A stretch of 64,000 bases of DNA, from positions 2,083 to 66,082 of the IMG/VR virus record IMGVR_UViG_3300021074_000002. One strand, 5' to 3'. A model generated the notes under the pieces. That model did no database searches, was not told the origin of the DNA, and saw nothing but the letters and a program-made list of their open reading frames with translations. Of this stretch, positions 11,901-21,285 are shown one piece after another; the first letter of the stretch is position 1, and each line of letters begins with the position of its first letter. The DNA comes from a virus. Its lineage: Duplodnaviria > Caudoviricetes. Made by a program: the position numbers and the translations under genes.

Positions 11901-14900
11901 ACTTCCCTGGTAACTTTTTCATAACCTGTTTTAGTCTTTTTAACAAGTCCTCTTCCTTCTTTAGCATTCTCCCAGAGAGTAACAGGTACTTGAACTTTAG
12001 GACCTCCACTCGTCTTTAAAGAAATTAGATTTTTGTTGATCATTGAATATAGAATATCTCTGATCTGTCTATATGCAGGAGAAGCTTCAAAAGGCATTGC
12101 AAATTGATCATTCTTATCTAAACGAATAGTATCTTTTACATTTTCAGATACTTTCCTTCTTAACATTTCATATTCAAGAGATTCTGAAATAGCTTTAGGA
12201 TCTTCAAGTCTAAATTGTCCTTTACCTTCATCAATGATTCCTAATTTTTTGAGTAATCTTTGATATGCATGTTCATGTATTTTATTAAGAAAATCTACAT
12301 TACGATCATATTCAGCTTGAGCTTCAGGAGAACTGGCAACACCATTGTTGAAAAAATCAAGACTGGCTATTTTAGTAATCTGAGATCCTCTGGTTTGTTC
12401 ATGCGAATGTTCATAACTATTTTCCACTTGAATACCATAAGCTTTCCAAGGTACTTGGATGATTGTATCATCTGCAAACTCTTCTTCATTAAATTGTCCA
12501 TTCTTATAAAGACTATGTACATTCTCAGCTCCTACCTTTCTGGCACTTGCAAATACAACATAGTCAATACTCTCTTTCCACATCTTTGTATAAAGTTTCT
12601 CAAGATTGGTTCCCTGGACCATCTTAAAGTAAACAGGCATCTGAGACATTTTATCTAAGACTAGATTGATCTGTGTTTCATTGGCTTTTACACCTGATAC
12701 AATAGGTTTCATTACCTCAGTGACATAATTAGGTTCAGGTCTTTTTAAGAGCTGTATATCGTGAGCTTTTAACGCTTCACTGATATATTTATATCCTGGT
12801 ATATTCTGTCTTGTGTAAGCCATTTGCCACTGATGCCATATTTCAGCTTTAGTAGTCCATTGACCATTCTTAGTCTTAACTTCTCTATATGTATTATCCA
12901 TTATAATAGAAAAACCATCAGTCTCATCATAAGCTTTCTGATAAAACTCATGCTTTAACTTTATATCTGCCACTGTAACAGTAGTAGCATAATTCTTATG
13001 TAAATGATAACCTAATTCTCCAGGAGTATTATAATCAGAAGCTTGAAGATGAATTCCATCTACAGTGTTGTATTCTTGATTTAAAAATGTATTAAACTCA
13101 TCAGTATTGAATGTTGTACGTCTTGGGGATAAGAATGATTTGATACGTTTTGTCTCATCTAATCTACCATCAATAACATCAAACTGATAAGGATCACCAA
13201 ACATGATCTTATGAAGTTCAATGTTGTTGATTATATAATTTGTATTTACAAACATTAGAATTTGATTCAATTCTTCTTGAGATAGTTTGAGTTTATTAAT
13301 CTTATTATCAAGTCCTTGAAAGTTTGTAGTCTCTAAATTTTTATAACTGTATGTATCACTTTTATTGTCAAATGTAATCTGACCAGTTTTGATTAACAAC
13401 TCTTTAGTCTCACTAACTGTATCATTAATAAACTGATCAACAGCACTATTTATATCTTTGATGTGTTCATCAACGTATGCTTCAATTTTAACTTGTGTAG
13501 AATTATCATGGATTAAAGCATTGATACCTTCAAGTGTTTTAGGAGAATAGTTACCAAGTATATCCTTGAAGAAACGAAGTTGTTTAGCCTTATCACCAAC
13601 AGCTTTTAAAGACTCCCTATTATCATAGTCAAGAGCCAGAGCAATCTCATCTGTTAGATATCCTCTAAAAGTAGAATGAATACTTTTTGAAGCTTTTTTA
13701 TTCTGTATCTGTGAGAAGAGAATAGAATTACCAAGATTGATCATCCATTCCGTAGATGTATCAGCAGGAACAAGAACGTAATAGTTACCATTTAAGTTCT
13801 GGTTTATTTCCATACTTATTCTATCTCCCAGACCAACTTTAGCTATACTAGTTCCTTTATTTTTATCAACAATTTTTCTACCCTGTATATATGATATATT
13901 AAGGTCTTTGATCTGAACACCTTTTTCATTAAAGAACAATCCTCCTTTTTTCAGAACAATGCTATTCCTTGAGAATACATCATTAAGTTCAGGTTTTGAT
14001 TCAATGAGTTTATCACGACTACCTGATTCATTGAAGTCATTAGCAAATACAGAAGCTACATTGTTCTCAGCATAATTTTGACTAACTGTACCATCAACAT
14101 TAATGTGTGTGTTTTCCTGATGAGGATCATTGATATTAACCCATATGTTAGCTAAGATATTAAGAGGACCATTGATTCCTAAAATTTTACCCTTGATAGA
14201 TCCTATCTCTGGAACTTTTTGAATATATTCTCTAATCCGTGAAGTAGCTATTTCAAAACTTTTTTTCTGATCAGCATTCATTCTAAAGTAGTCCTGCAAC
14301 GTAAGTCCTATACCAATAGCATTGAGAAAGTCAATCATCTCGTTAGCTGTTTTTACAGGAAAACTTAATCTGATAGCAGCAGCTTTTGCTTCTTTCTCTG
14401 TCTTATAATTAAAGACATCGCCAGCATAATCTACTACATCAAAAGTTCCATTCGCAAGAGGATTAATTTTTGCATCAAGTTTTTTAACCTTGTATACAGC
14501 TTTTACTCTTGTAAGTATGGAAGTAGGTTCTGCAGCAATACTCTTCATCATTTCAAACCATCGCTGTTGGATTTGCTTAGAAGCACGAAATTGATCAGCA
14601 CGAGCTGTATATACATCACCATCACTAACAAATTGTATAAGAGCCTCAGGATGTTGCTTAGTAAAAGTTTGATAGAAATTAACAAATAGTCTCCAATCTT
14701 CTGCTTTAAAATCCTGAAAAGGAATAGTACCACTCTTTAAATCTCCACCTAAACGTGTAAATAATCTGATATAATTTGAATCTTTTCTTGCCAGTGCTTC
14801 TAATTTTTGGGTAACTCGTTTTACACTTGAAGTGTTTGAAAATCTATCTAACAGTGTTGCAAACACTTTACTAAAATTATTTATAAGATAACCATCTGCT

Positions 14901-17900
14901 ATACTTGATCTTAGCAGTTTAGGAAGATTCATCGGTTTATCACCTTCCTGATTTAATGCTTCAGCTTGAGGAAGCGTAGCACTCACAATTCTAATAGCAT
15001 AGGGAGAATAGGTTTTCCAATCTGTACTAAATGGTTCTGGAGCATAACTTCTATTCTCTGTACCACCATCGTTTATATCTGTAAAGTTTTCCTCATTAAG
15101 ATTTATTCCTAATGTACGAATGATATCTTTAGTTCTAAGAAAGATCTGTTTGAATCTAGCAGGAGTAAGTTCCTCATAATATATTTCATCATCAATGTAT
15201 TGTTCCTTAATTACATCATATATTTGCTGACCAGTAACTTTTTCTGGATCAAACAATGCTTTCTTATTGTTACTGCCAAAGATAGCTTGGATAGCACGTA
15301 TGGTCATATCCTGGACATACTGAGCTACAGCAGTATCTGACATATTTTCTACTTTACTATATTCAGCAGTTTCTAATTTTGTTTTCTCAGATATAACTCT
15401 ATTCTTAAATTCACCTGTATTAATTGCTTCAAACAGACTGGTCTTTAATGAAGGGTCTTTACCAAAGGTTTTAAAAAAATCTATTATAGCTCTAAAGAAT
15501 CTAAGAACTCTTTCTCCCAAAGATCTTGCAGGAAGTTTACCAAGTTGAAACTCAGCAAAGTCATCCATAATTCTTTCTTTGATCATGAAATCACTAACCT
15601 GAGGATCATCTTTTTTATAAGTCTTACCACTCTGTCTATCTACAAAAGATCCTGCACTGTTTCTAAATTCATCAATCAAAGCTTGTCGTTCCTCAGGAGT
15701 AAGAAAAGCTTTCCAAATACCTTCTCCTACTTCATGATATTCAGTTCCTCTGATTGATTTTTTATAGAACTTTATGACACCATTTTCAAATACACCCCAG
15801 GCTTCCTCATCATCAACGGTATTGATGATATTGTCCAAGACTTGATATGGCATATTAGGAAGATATGCTGCCATCCATTGCTTAAATAGTTCAAGTTCTT
15901 TATCTGTTAACCTTTGTTTACCAGCTTCAAGGGTTCCTACTTTTCTAAATTCACTATCAGGTTTACTATCTTTATCTCTTGTTACTTTTCCTGTAATCTT
16001 AGATGTTTTCGTAGGTGTAAGATGGGGAAGTGCTTTAAATATCTCTTCAGATAGATACTTTGCAGTTGATAATCCTTCAACATCGGGAAGAATAGTTATA
16101 ATCTCTTCAGGATCAACTTTACCATTAGGCATCACTGATGCAAGTAATTGATTAATTTGAGTAGGTGTATATTCATCATCTACAAAATCTTTAAGAACCT
16201 TAAGTAAGGCAACCTCAGTTGATACAATAGGTTTTTCAGAAATTTTCTGTTTGACTTCTTCTTTAACTTCTTCTTTAACTTCTGGTTGAGAAAATGTAGC
16301 TAAATATGCATTGATCTTTTTTGTAATTTCTGCTATATTACTTGTAATCTTTAATTCCTTTTTTACATTAACTTCTGTAACAGTACCATCTTTCATAGTT
16401 GCCAACAATGCTTTAACACCTCTTGTAGATATTACTGTTCCTAAACTATTTATAAATGTTTCAACAAGTGCAAGATCAATTGTACTTTCTACTTTTTGTT
16501 CTGGTTGTTTTACTTTTTCTTCTGGTTTAGCTGCTTTCTCTTTTTGTAATATAATTAAATTGGCCTCAATATAGTTCTTCATGAACTGTTTAACAAGCTT
16601 CTTAATAATAACATCTCTTTCAACTTGTGGTTTAGTCATATCTGACGCTCCAGATACATCTTCACCTTCTTTGTCTAATGTTGTAATAGCTATTCTTACA
16701 GTAGCAGGAGTATCAATAAGTTCTTTAAGTTTATCATTATCAATAATCTCAACTTCAATTTTTCCATTTTCAACAGTTCCTTTAAAATCCAAAGACTTAT
16801 TATTCGCAAGAGGATAATTATTTACTGAATTATCAAGTATGTAATTTCCAATTCTAACAGTTGTAGATTTAACATCCTTCTTAACAACCTTGACAGGAAT
16901 ATCAAAATCAACCATTGTAGCATATTTCTGCTCAAATGAATAAGGTACTAATGTTGTAGGTTTGGCAACACTAGTTGTAAGAGGAGTATTATCTATATTC
17001 CTTACAGTACCATCAGGATTCTTAGATGACAATAGATAAATTTGATAATTAAACCATATTCTATCACTTTTTAAAATACCATTCTCAACATAATACTCTT
17101 TAAAAGAATTATTAAATTCATCTTTTAATGTTTTACCATTGACATTGTGATATGCTTTACCAATGAGATCAAGTATTGCATCTTTGTTTTCAGCTAGTTT
17201 TGTTAAGGCAAATGGTTTCTTTCCTATAGAAATAGTCATATCAGATGTATTGACAAAGAATTGATTATTTGAATCATTCTTGGCAACTGTACTGAAAAAC
17301 AACACATTCTTTAGAAAATTTGTATATTCTGTGTTAAACTTTATTTTTGTACCAGCTTTACTTTGACTAATAATATCATTAGTAAACTTTTGAATTACTT
17401 CAAAAATAGCCAGAGCTTGGTTTGATGAAAACTTATTATTGTTTAAAAACTGTAGAGTATCTCCATCCTGCAACACAGGTCTTCCATCTGAAAAAGGAAT
17501 GTTCTGTCCTTGATGGTTAACTTTTCCTTCAGATGAAATAGCAATCAATATAACATTTGTTGCTATGTTATCTTCATCAACTAAAATTCCACCTACATGA
17601 TTCTTTTCATATATAGTTTTACCAGCAACTAGTGTTATATTTTGTTTAGGAATTCCTCTTGATATAACAAATTTCTCAATTTTATATTGATCATTATAAT
17701 TAAAAATGTCTACTCGTTTAGCAGCCCAAGCTTTAGCATTCTCTTCAAACTGTGCTTCCTGTCCAGTTCTTGCTCTATTGCCACCTTTAGAAGTTATTAA
17801 TGAAGTGCTAGGCATTGTTTGAAAGATGACTCTATCTAAAATGCTATCAGTACGTGGACCTATTGGTGTATCAGTTAATTTGTCACCATTTATATTGACA

Positions 17901-20900
17901 AAGTAATCCTTAGATTTACCCTCGCTATCTTTTTCTGTAATAACAAATACCTGTGCTATAAAACCTTTTTCTAAATTTCTTACAATTGCTTTAAATTCAG
18001 CTGTAGCAGCTTCTGCATCAGTGGCCTTATATGATAATTGAGTAAGTCCTTTAAGTCCTAGTGCTTCTTCATTATTAGGAGTAACAAGAATAACTCCCAT
18101 ATTATTTCTATTCTTGAACTTCTTTGCATTATTCAGAAAGACTCTACTTCTGGTTACATGAGGTTGTGATTTAGTAGGATCTTCATATTGTTCAGATTCT
18201 GTTATGCCTGATTTATGAAAGATCCATACATCCTTACGTAGACCTTCTTCTCCAGTTGATTCATTGGTAGGATCTCCTGCATTGATACCTCCAGAAGCAA
18301 TATTCAAGTTTTTCAGTTCATTATCAATGCTCTCCTTATCCTTCATTAATTTCTCTTGCTCTGTCTGAATCTTTGCAAAGCCTTTCAGTTTATCTAAAGA
18401 AATATCACGAATGATTCCATCCTGATCTTCTACCTTTACAGTACCATCAGGATTGAGTTTTATGATCTTTACTTTAGATGCAGCAGTTGCTTTTTCATTT
18501 ATATCATTAGCAGCATCCTGAGCATCTTCTTTAGTAGGATAAACTAATGCTACTCCTGTAATAGGATTAGTAACTTTCCATTGTTGTCCTGACTTAACAG
18601 GTTTAACCTCTTTAGGTTTTTCTGCTTCATACTCTCTATCAAGTGATAACTCTTCATCTTCTCCTGCTCTATTTTTAAACACATGTTTAATAGGAACAAC
18701 TTCTGCTTCTTCTTCTGGTACTTCTTGAGCCATCTTTAAAGCCTGCTCAAAATATTTGTCAAGTCCTTCACTATTAGATAGTTTATCATATATATCAGAA
18801 GCAGTTTCTCTCTGATAATTAAGTCTATTAATATCCTTACCATAGATCATTAAATCAAGAGCCTTGTCAGTAGAAATAACTGGAGGTTGTGTAGCATCTT
18901 GATTATTCAGTTCAAAATTTAATATCTTAGTGAATGACTCTACATCATGATCTTTTTCTAAAGCAAGACCAATTCGCTGAGCCATACTACGAAATGCTTC
19001 ACTTTTTTTGATAAGAACTTTTTTGTCTTTATAGATAGTAGTTAAAGCAATTGCTTCATCTAATTGTTTAGCTTGCTCTTCATAATCTTTGATTAAGTCT
19101 TTCAAAGATTCAGCGTTCATAACTTTAGAAAGAATCTCTGTATTAAGTAAAGGATCTACTTTAATTAATTCTTGACCAATTGATTCAATTCTACTTTTAT
19201 TATTTGGAGCAACACTTGCATAATATGCAAGATCTGTTTTCCAGGAATTAAATGTATTGTATTTTTGATTTTCAATCCATGCAAGTGAACCACTCTCAGC
19301 TTTCACATCATAATTAAATGGATTTATAAATGTAGCATTCAAACTATCAACAGTCTTTTTAATATTATTCGCTTCATTTATAAGTGAGTCTACATAACTA
19401 TCTACACTTTTCTTACTTGACTGATTAAAATCCATTCCAAAGGTCTGTTCAAAATCTTCTTTCTTAAGATCTTTGAGCATGTTAAGTTGATCTATTGTTA
19501 TATCATGCATTCCTGAAGGAATACGTGAGGTTACATAACTGAAAAATAGATCTTGTTTTAAATTCTTATACTTATAGATATCTCCAGTTTTGACAGCATC
19601 TTCCATATCTTTTGTTATCCCTACTGTAGTCAGAGTATCTGTATATTTATCACCAAGAGTTCCTGTAAGACCATGTTGATTTAACATATTTACAGTGGCA
19701 TCAAGTCTTTTACTTGGACTTTTACCTGCCATACGATCTATGACACTCATTCCAGCACCAGTTATCATAGCTGTAATAGCACCAATGAACATATTTTGAA
19801 TACCTTCTGTAGTACCAAATTGATCAGCTAGTCCAGTTAATGTAGAATTAACTGTTTCATTTACTGAGTCCCAATTTGTTCTATTGTTTGGATCTTTTAA
19901 ATCTTTATATTTTCTTGTGTAATAATTATAAGTTCCACGTTCAGCAGCATACTGTCCACCTTCTTCATATACTCCTTCAGAAAACATAGTGGGTAGGGCA
20001 GGCTTAACTGTATCCCACAACTTACCACCTACTGTAGTAGCTACTTTTTTCTCAAATGTATCTATTGAATCTTTTACAAGTCCTATCTTACCAGCATCAG
20101 CTATCTTCTTACTTAGTGTACCAGTAATAGTTTTAGGAGATACTTTATTAAATGCCCTAAATAGATTATCAAACTGAATAGCATTAGATACAGTGAGTAG
20201 AGCCATGTTAATACCAAACCTGGTATTCATACCATCTGTAGCATAATTTTCTATTTCCTGAAGTTCTTCAGGAGTCATATCCTCGCCAGGATGTTCAAGT
20301 TGATACTGTTGAACTAAGTTCTCTTTAATTTGACGATATCCATCTCTAGCTTCTACACCAGCTTCTGTTCTGGCTGATCCATATATATTTAATCCCCAAC
20401 GTAATGCACTACCTACTTTTACAACAGCAGCCATTTCTCCAAGTCTTTGAACAGTAAGTAGTTGTTGTGTTCCTTTGGCAAGATTTGCTCCTACCTCAAG
20501 AGCTTTCTCAACATCATTGGTTCCTGTAAAGAGTTTGTTTAAATACAAAGAAGCTTTTCCTACTTGAGAACTAATTGTAGCAGGAGTTCCTATTCCTGAT
20601 GTCAATGCTCCAATAATTGCATCCTGAGCTAAAGCTCCACCAATCGCACCAATTGTAAAACCTAGATTCTTAATAACCATATCTCCCCAGAAATTAGCTG
20701 ATCCTTCTGTAAAAGGTACAGCTGATTTAAAAGGATGTAGTTTTTCATATCTGGTATAATAGTTAGGAAACTTATTCTCAATATTTTTTAACCAGTTATC
20801 AATAGATCCTTCAAATCCATCAGGATCTCCTGATAGTTCTGAGAATTTACCATTCTGAATTGCTGATATAGTATTTGGGATTGTAGCAAAACTCTGAGCA

Positions 20901-21283
20901 AATGTACCAATTCCAGTAGCTGCCATTTTAACAACACCATTCCCTAGTTTAGAAGTCCAACTTTGTTGTAGTCCATAAATATTTTCAAGATCTACACCTC
21001 TTTGATATATTGGATATTTTTGATTAGCAAGAAGTTCAGACCTTGGAATTACTTCCATAGGAGAATTAAACGTAGGAGCTTTTTGTGGAGTGTTTGTATT
21101 TGACATCTCATCAATAGACATACCTTGTCTACTAAGAGTGTCTGTTTGAGTAGACATGCTACCTTCTACTGGATTAAGATTAAGATTAACTTCCAATGTA
21201 TCAGGTGATCCTAAATAAGGTGTTTCAGGAGCAGCTCCACGATTCGAAACATTATTTATAAGTTCATTGTCAAAGATTGGCAT
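5960..21283 (-). CDS. Giant virion RNA polymerase polyprotein (crAss/phi14:2-type) with C-terminal macro-like domain and SF1B helicase
   Basis: 5107 aa; GFRIPTQ...AGSDFDIDK catalytic motif (about 11555-11695); YHEVGE zincin-like motif; TPENITSLKSNEVFVFGSN...HGKGAA; GAAGTGKT, DESSM, GDIMQ, TIHKSQG, YVGMSRA. Confidence 0.9.
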   Translation of the reverse strand: MPIFDNELINNVSNRGAAPETPYLGSPDTLEVNLNLNPVEGSMSTQTDTLSRQGMSIDEMSNTNTPQKAPTFNSPMEVIPRSELLANQKYPIYQRGVDLENIYGLQQSWTSKLGNGVVKMAATGIGTFAQSFATIPNTISAIQNGKFSELSGDPDGFEGSIDNWLKNIENKFPNYYTRYEKLHPFKSAVPFTEGSANFWGDMVIKNLGFTIGAIGGALAQDAIIGALTSGIGTPATISSQVGKASLYLNKLFTGTNDVEKALEVGANLAKGTQQLLTVQRLGEMAAVVKVGSALRWGLNIYGSARTEAGVEARDGYRQIKENLVQQYQLEHPGEDMTPEELQEIENYATDGMNTRFGINMALLTVSNAIQFDNLFRAFNKVSPKTITGTLSKKIADAGKIGLVKDSIDTFEKKVATTVGGKLWDTVKPALPTMFSEGVYEEGGQYAAERGTYNYYTRKYKDLKDPNNRTNWDSVNETVNSTLTGLADQFGTTEGIQNMFIGAITAMITGAGMSVIDRMAGKSPSKRLDATVNMLNQHGLTGTLGDKYTDTLTTVGITKDMEDAVKTGDIYKYKNLKQDLFFSYVTSRIPSGMHDITIDQLNMLKDLKKEDFEQTFGMDFNQSSKKSVDSYVDSLINEANNIKKTVDSLNATFINPFNYDVKAESGSLAWIENQKYNTFNSWKTDLAYYASVAPNNKSRIESIGQELIKVDPLLNTEILSKVMNAESLKDLIKDYEEQAKQLDEAIALTTIYKDKKVLIKKSEAFRSMAQRIGLALEKDHDVESFTKILNFELNNQDATQPPVISTDKALDLMIYGKDINRLNYQRETASDIYDKLSNSEGLDKYFEQALKMAQEVPEEEAEVVPIKHVFKNRAGEDEELSLDREYEAEKPKEVKPVKSGQQWKVTNPITGVALVYPTKEDAQDAANDINEKATAASKVKIIKLNPDGTVKVEDQDGIIRDISLDKLKGFAKIQTEQEKLMKDKESIDNELKNLNIASGGINAGDPTNESTGEEGLRKDVWIFHKSGITESEQYEDPTKSQPHVTRSRVFLNNAKKFKNRNNMGVILVTPNNEEALGLKGLTQLSYKATDAEAATAEFKAIVRNLEKGFIAQVFVITEKDSEGKSKDYFVNINGDKLTDTPIGPRTDSILDRVIFQTMPSTSLITSKGGNRARTGQEAQFEENAKAWAAKRVDIFNYNDQYKIEKFVISRGIPKQNITLVAGKTIYEKNHVGGILVDEDNIATNVILIAISSEGKVNHQGQNIPFSDGRPVLQDGDTLQFLNNNKFSSNQALAIFEVIQKFTNDIISQSKAGTKIKFNTEYTNFLKNVLFFSTVAKNDSNNQFFVNTSDMTISIGKKPFALTKLAENKDAILDLIGKAYHNVNGKTLKDEFNNSFKEYYVENGILKSDRIWFNYQIYLLSSKNPDGTVRNIDNTPLTTSVAKPTTLVPYSFEQKYATMVDFDIPVKVVKKDVKSTTVRIGNYILDNSVNNYPLANNKSLDFKGTVENGKIEVEIIDNDKLKELIDTPATVRIAITTLDKEGEDVSGASDMTKPQVERDVIIKKLVKQFMKNYIEANLIILQKEKAAKPEEKVKQPEQKVESTIDLALVETFINSLGTVISTRGVKALLATMKDGTVTEVNVKKELKITSNIAEITKKINAYLATFSQPEVKEEVKEEVKQKISEKPIVSTEVALLKVLKDFVDDEYTPTQINQLLASVMPNGKVDPEEIITILPDVEGLSTAKYLSEEIFKALPHLTPTKTSKITGKVTRDKDSKPDSEFRKVGTLEAGKQRLTDKELELFKQWMAAYLPNMPYQVLDNIINTVDDEEAWGVFENGVIKFYKKSIRGTEYHEVGEGIWKAFLTPEERQALIDEFRNSAGSFVDRQSGKTYKKDDPQVSDFMIKERIMDDFAEFQLGKLPARSLGERVLRFFRAIIDFFKTFGKDPSLKTSLFEAINTGEFKNRVISEKTKLETAEYSKVENMSDTAVAQYVQDMTIRAIQAIFGSNNKKALFDPEKVTGQQIYDVIKEQYIDDEIYYEELTPARFKQIFLRTKDIIRTLGINLNEENFTDINDGGTENRSYAPEPFSTDWKTYSPYAIRIVSATLPQAEALNQEGDKPMNLPKLLRSSIADGYLINNFSKVFATLLDRFSNTSSVKRVTQKLEALARKDSNYIRLFTRLGGDLKSGTIPFQDFKAEDWRLFVNFYQTFTKQHPEALIQFVSDGDVYTARADQFRASKQIQQRWFEMMKSIAAEPTSILTRVKAVYKVKKLDAKINPLANGTFDVVDYAGDVFNYKTEKEAKAAAIRLSFPVKTANEMIDFLNAIGIGLTLQDYFRMNADQKKSFEIATSRIREYIQKVPEIGSIKGKILGINGPLNILANIWVNINDPHQENTHINVDGTVSQNYAENNVASVFANDFNESGSRDKLIESKPELNDVFSRNSIVLKKGGLFFNEKGVQIKDLNISYIQGRKIVDKNKGTSIAKVGLGDRISMEINQNLNGNYYVLVPADTSTEWMINLGNSILFSQIQNKKASKSIHSTFRGYLTDEIALALDYDNRESLKAVGDKAKQLRFFKDILGNYSPKTLEGINALIHDNSTQVKIEAYVDEHIKDINSAVDQFINDTVSETKELLIKTGQITFDNKSDTYSYKNLETTNFQGLDNKINKLKLSQEELNQILMFVNTNYIINNIELHKIMFGDPYQFDVIDGRLDETKRIKSFLSPRRTTFNTDEFNTFLNQEYNTVDGIHLQASDYNTPGELGYHLHKNYATTVTVADIKLKHEFYQKAYDETDGFSIIMDNTYREVKTKNGQWTTKAEIWHQWQMAYTRQNIPGYKYISEALKAHDIQLLKRPEPNYVTEVMKPIVSGVKANETQINLVLDKMSQMPVYFKMVQGTNLEKLYTKMWKESIDYVVFASARKVGAENVHSLYKNGQFNEEEFADDTIIQVPWKAYGIQVENSYEHSHEQTRGSQITKIASLDFFNNGVASSPEAQAEYDRNVDFLNKIHEHAYQRLLKKLGIIDEGKGQFRLEDPKAISESLEYEMLRRKVSENVKDTIRLDKNDQFAMPFEASPAYRQIRDILYSMINKNLISLKTSGGPKVQVPVTLWENAKEGRGLVKKTKTGYEKVTREVYEAMSAADKKNVRLTSDTLKFYTREDRYCEVLLPHWFKDSFNKKRFPTDESILNYLNTPEGQKILTGIGFRIPTQSMSSIEVFRVKGFLDKSMGDTIVVPSEIVAKAGSDFDIDKMNTYLKSVYVDERGDVKLVEYQGSEEETKKFFSDVFSRTILFDIKKIMKYDEFRGTLLDIFKLLESSETINIEDNIDLLEDEDYDFYENHERMINEIINQANEQDLKPSEYITAQINRLLGKRKELTEELLDAALREEFVESMYRKSLENGYYDSLEKLITLPENFDRLMAPVDDAGLKQDAADLDTWRNQSESGIKNRLLNRNYMTSLRNSFVMAKKWIGIAAVNITGQSLTQKFRAFIDPERFKALDESDRVVLGDGKVLLPHNTINGYISMSGTKTQDGRDQYISDRLSGYATAFVDVAKDPYIMKIISSDLALGTFMFLERIGCGKNTVLFMNQPVILNYLAHLDSKGSRFLFNSSVQDDFLKLNYPTSKKALENATVAINSLQSNIEKFAAKGFVANDIENAEQRVILTEFLKYAKMAEFSFEMTQATNYDTTRFTNSDSFSRKKTKTEIAKEINIFSDVENMMKYSHIGKQKELLDYAMSSMGAILKLEENRFKEITKKVMRTYEHMKYISADSFDKIASKVKASFLDYIIQMDPTLNLRDKIYELTVGPNSIANQIEAAKLKYPDVQILQDFETRTSERADGAKGVQLKVNLKEAYDEDMYTDFMRELRDIDPVLYNNLVDYALLQGTYQTSMSFKNIIPLEDYAAKVKPIIDRLNISDELEAFANGVFQRANWKDDDIVPIFVPKYFEEHSDEDDYGNLLTNYFTYNLPKIPKIPKGISEAEKQQRKEENHKLSRDRRIILINPKYNFLESKHDFIKIPRKIAISDDNYIDFLDNWTITGYEFGQMKAKGDLSIKEYYGYQKLRDLQGNPVVDAEGSFIYKQVNLLGDGNLTTEFYPDDRASVIDNGTAKVGQTGDAIDKAVIANVNSKLTYELDIERKISETYEDNKEVQDKLNKLLDWAKESKKANALLPIDFLDDSVKLPIIASFKERYDALQKDTYVSFAVEYKKIHLYAKKAEIVDAWDVYNNQLKTKFNNDVYVAFKNAIINNTTSVAKPEPVATPTPQQSGQREYTPENITSLKSNEVFVFGSNEGTSKGGPQTHGKGAALLAKQKFGAIQGQARGLQGQSYAVVTKKHWDVEKSSTLQEILAELEEMNQFAYKHPDKKLLVTKLGSSLAGYSISEIKNLFKELNEYEGIADNIILPKEYEVRDEVPIQKKEEIPSEPVETGIAGDAVYRYYGREYFIHTLDGKAIDVEGYKGKNVDKQKLMDAFNKDPNIDPQNNKPFQQLPDLGQDMKDLYNRSEYKSDEEESIDDRAEKDNPETNHQGTFSYKGKTIKTQFTLTGSQEKAMEALSDFATTQDERVITLQGAAGTGKTSVIGYLQNYLGGRYNFVYLAPTHAAVAELGFATIKTGSRSLPFTVQSSITEKYDPIKQSYTTIATKKFKDRLGLSNNVIVIDESSMLSGKDYDRIKKVAESMDLKIIFMGDIMQIPEVNISNPEKKLVSKAFTDNKQVTLTEVKRTSNDTMLKALGYIRENPNGKIPVVEGSDDIQYLNEMEFNRALAKKIQEEPEDTMLISYTNASVKAVNNKIKKALGFEGDPKEGLAIVGYGGYNTKQIENQNIANSIRYIITSVTKNGSQYNIVAKSKKLGMLKKAGVNVSEKATSRYLQLSNSDALTFQELTQADFDENNATISRMMVDLLAAKKYAISSKTGAAWAQFYNKLESVGAYFMETNLGGDYIFNPETGSMESLNLQDKTSGHAEIKKDFPEMVVEKGIDYGYAVTIHKSQGTTIKNVFFDASTLPRYDSSKLYSNGKQISTEKHALLYVGMSRASGSLFINKENPEHFYIPGQEKSVSLQGQDTIKGFYNSLTAEQLSKLEALGLGTLEKLNQDFESVPIHDYTQSEFIEDLKCKL

Positions 21284-21285
21284 AT

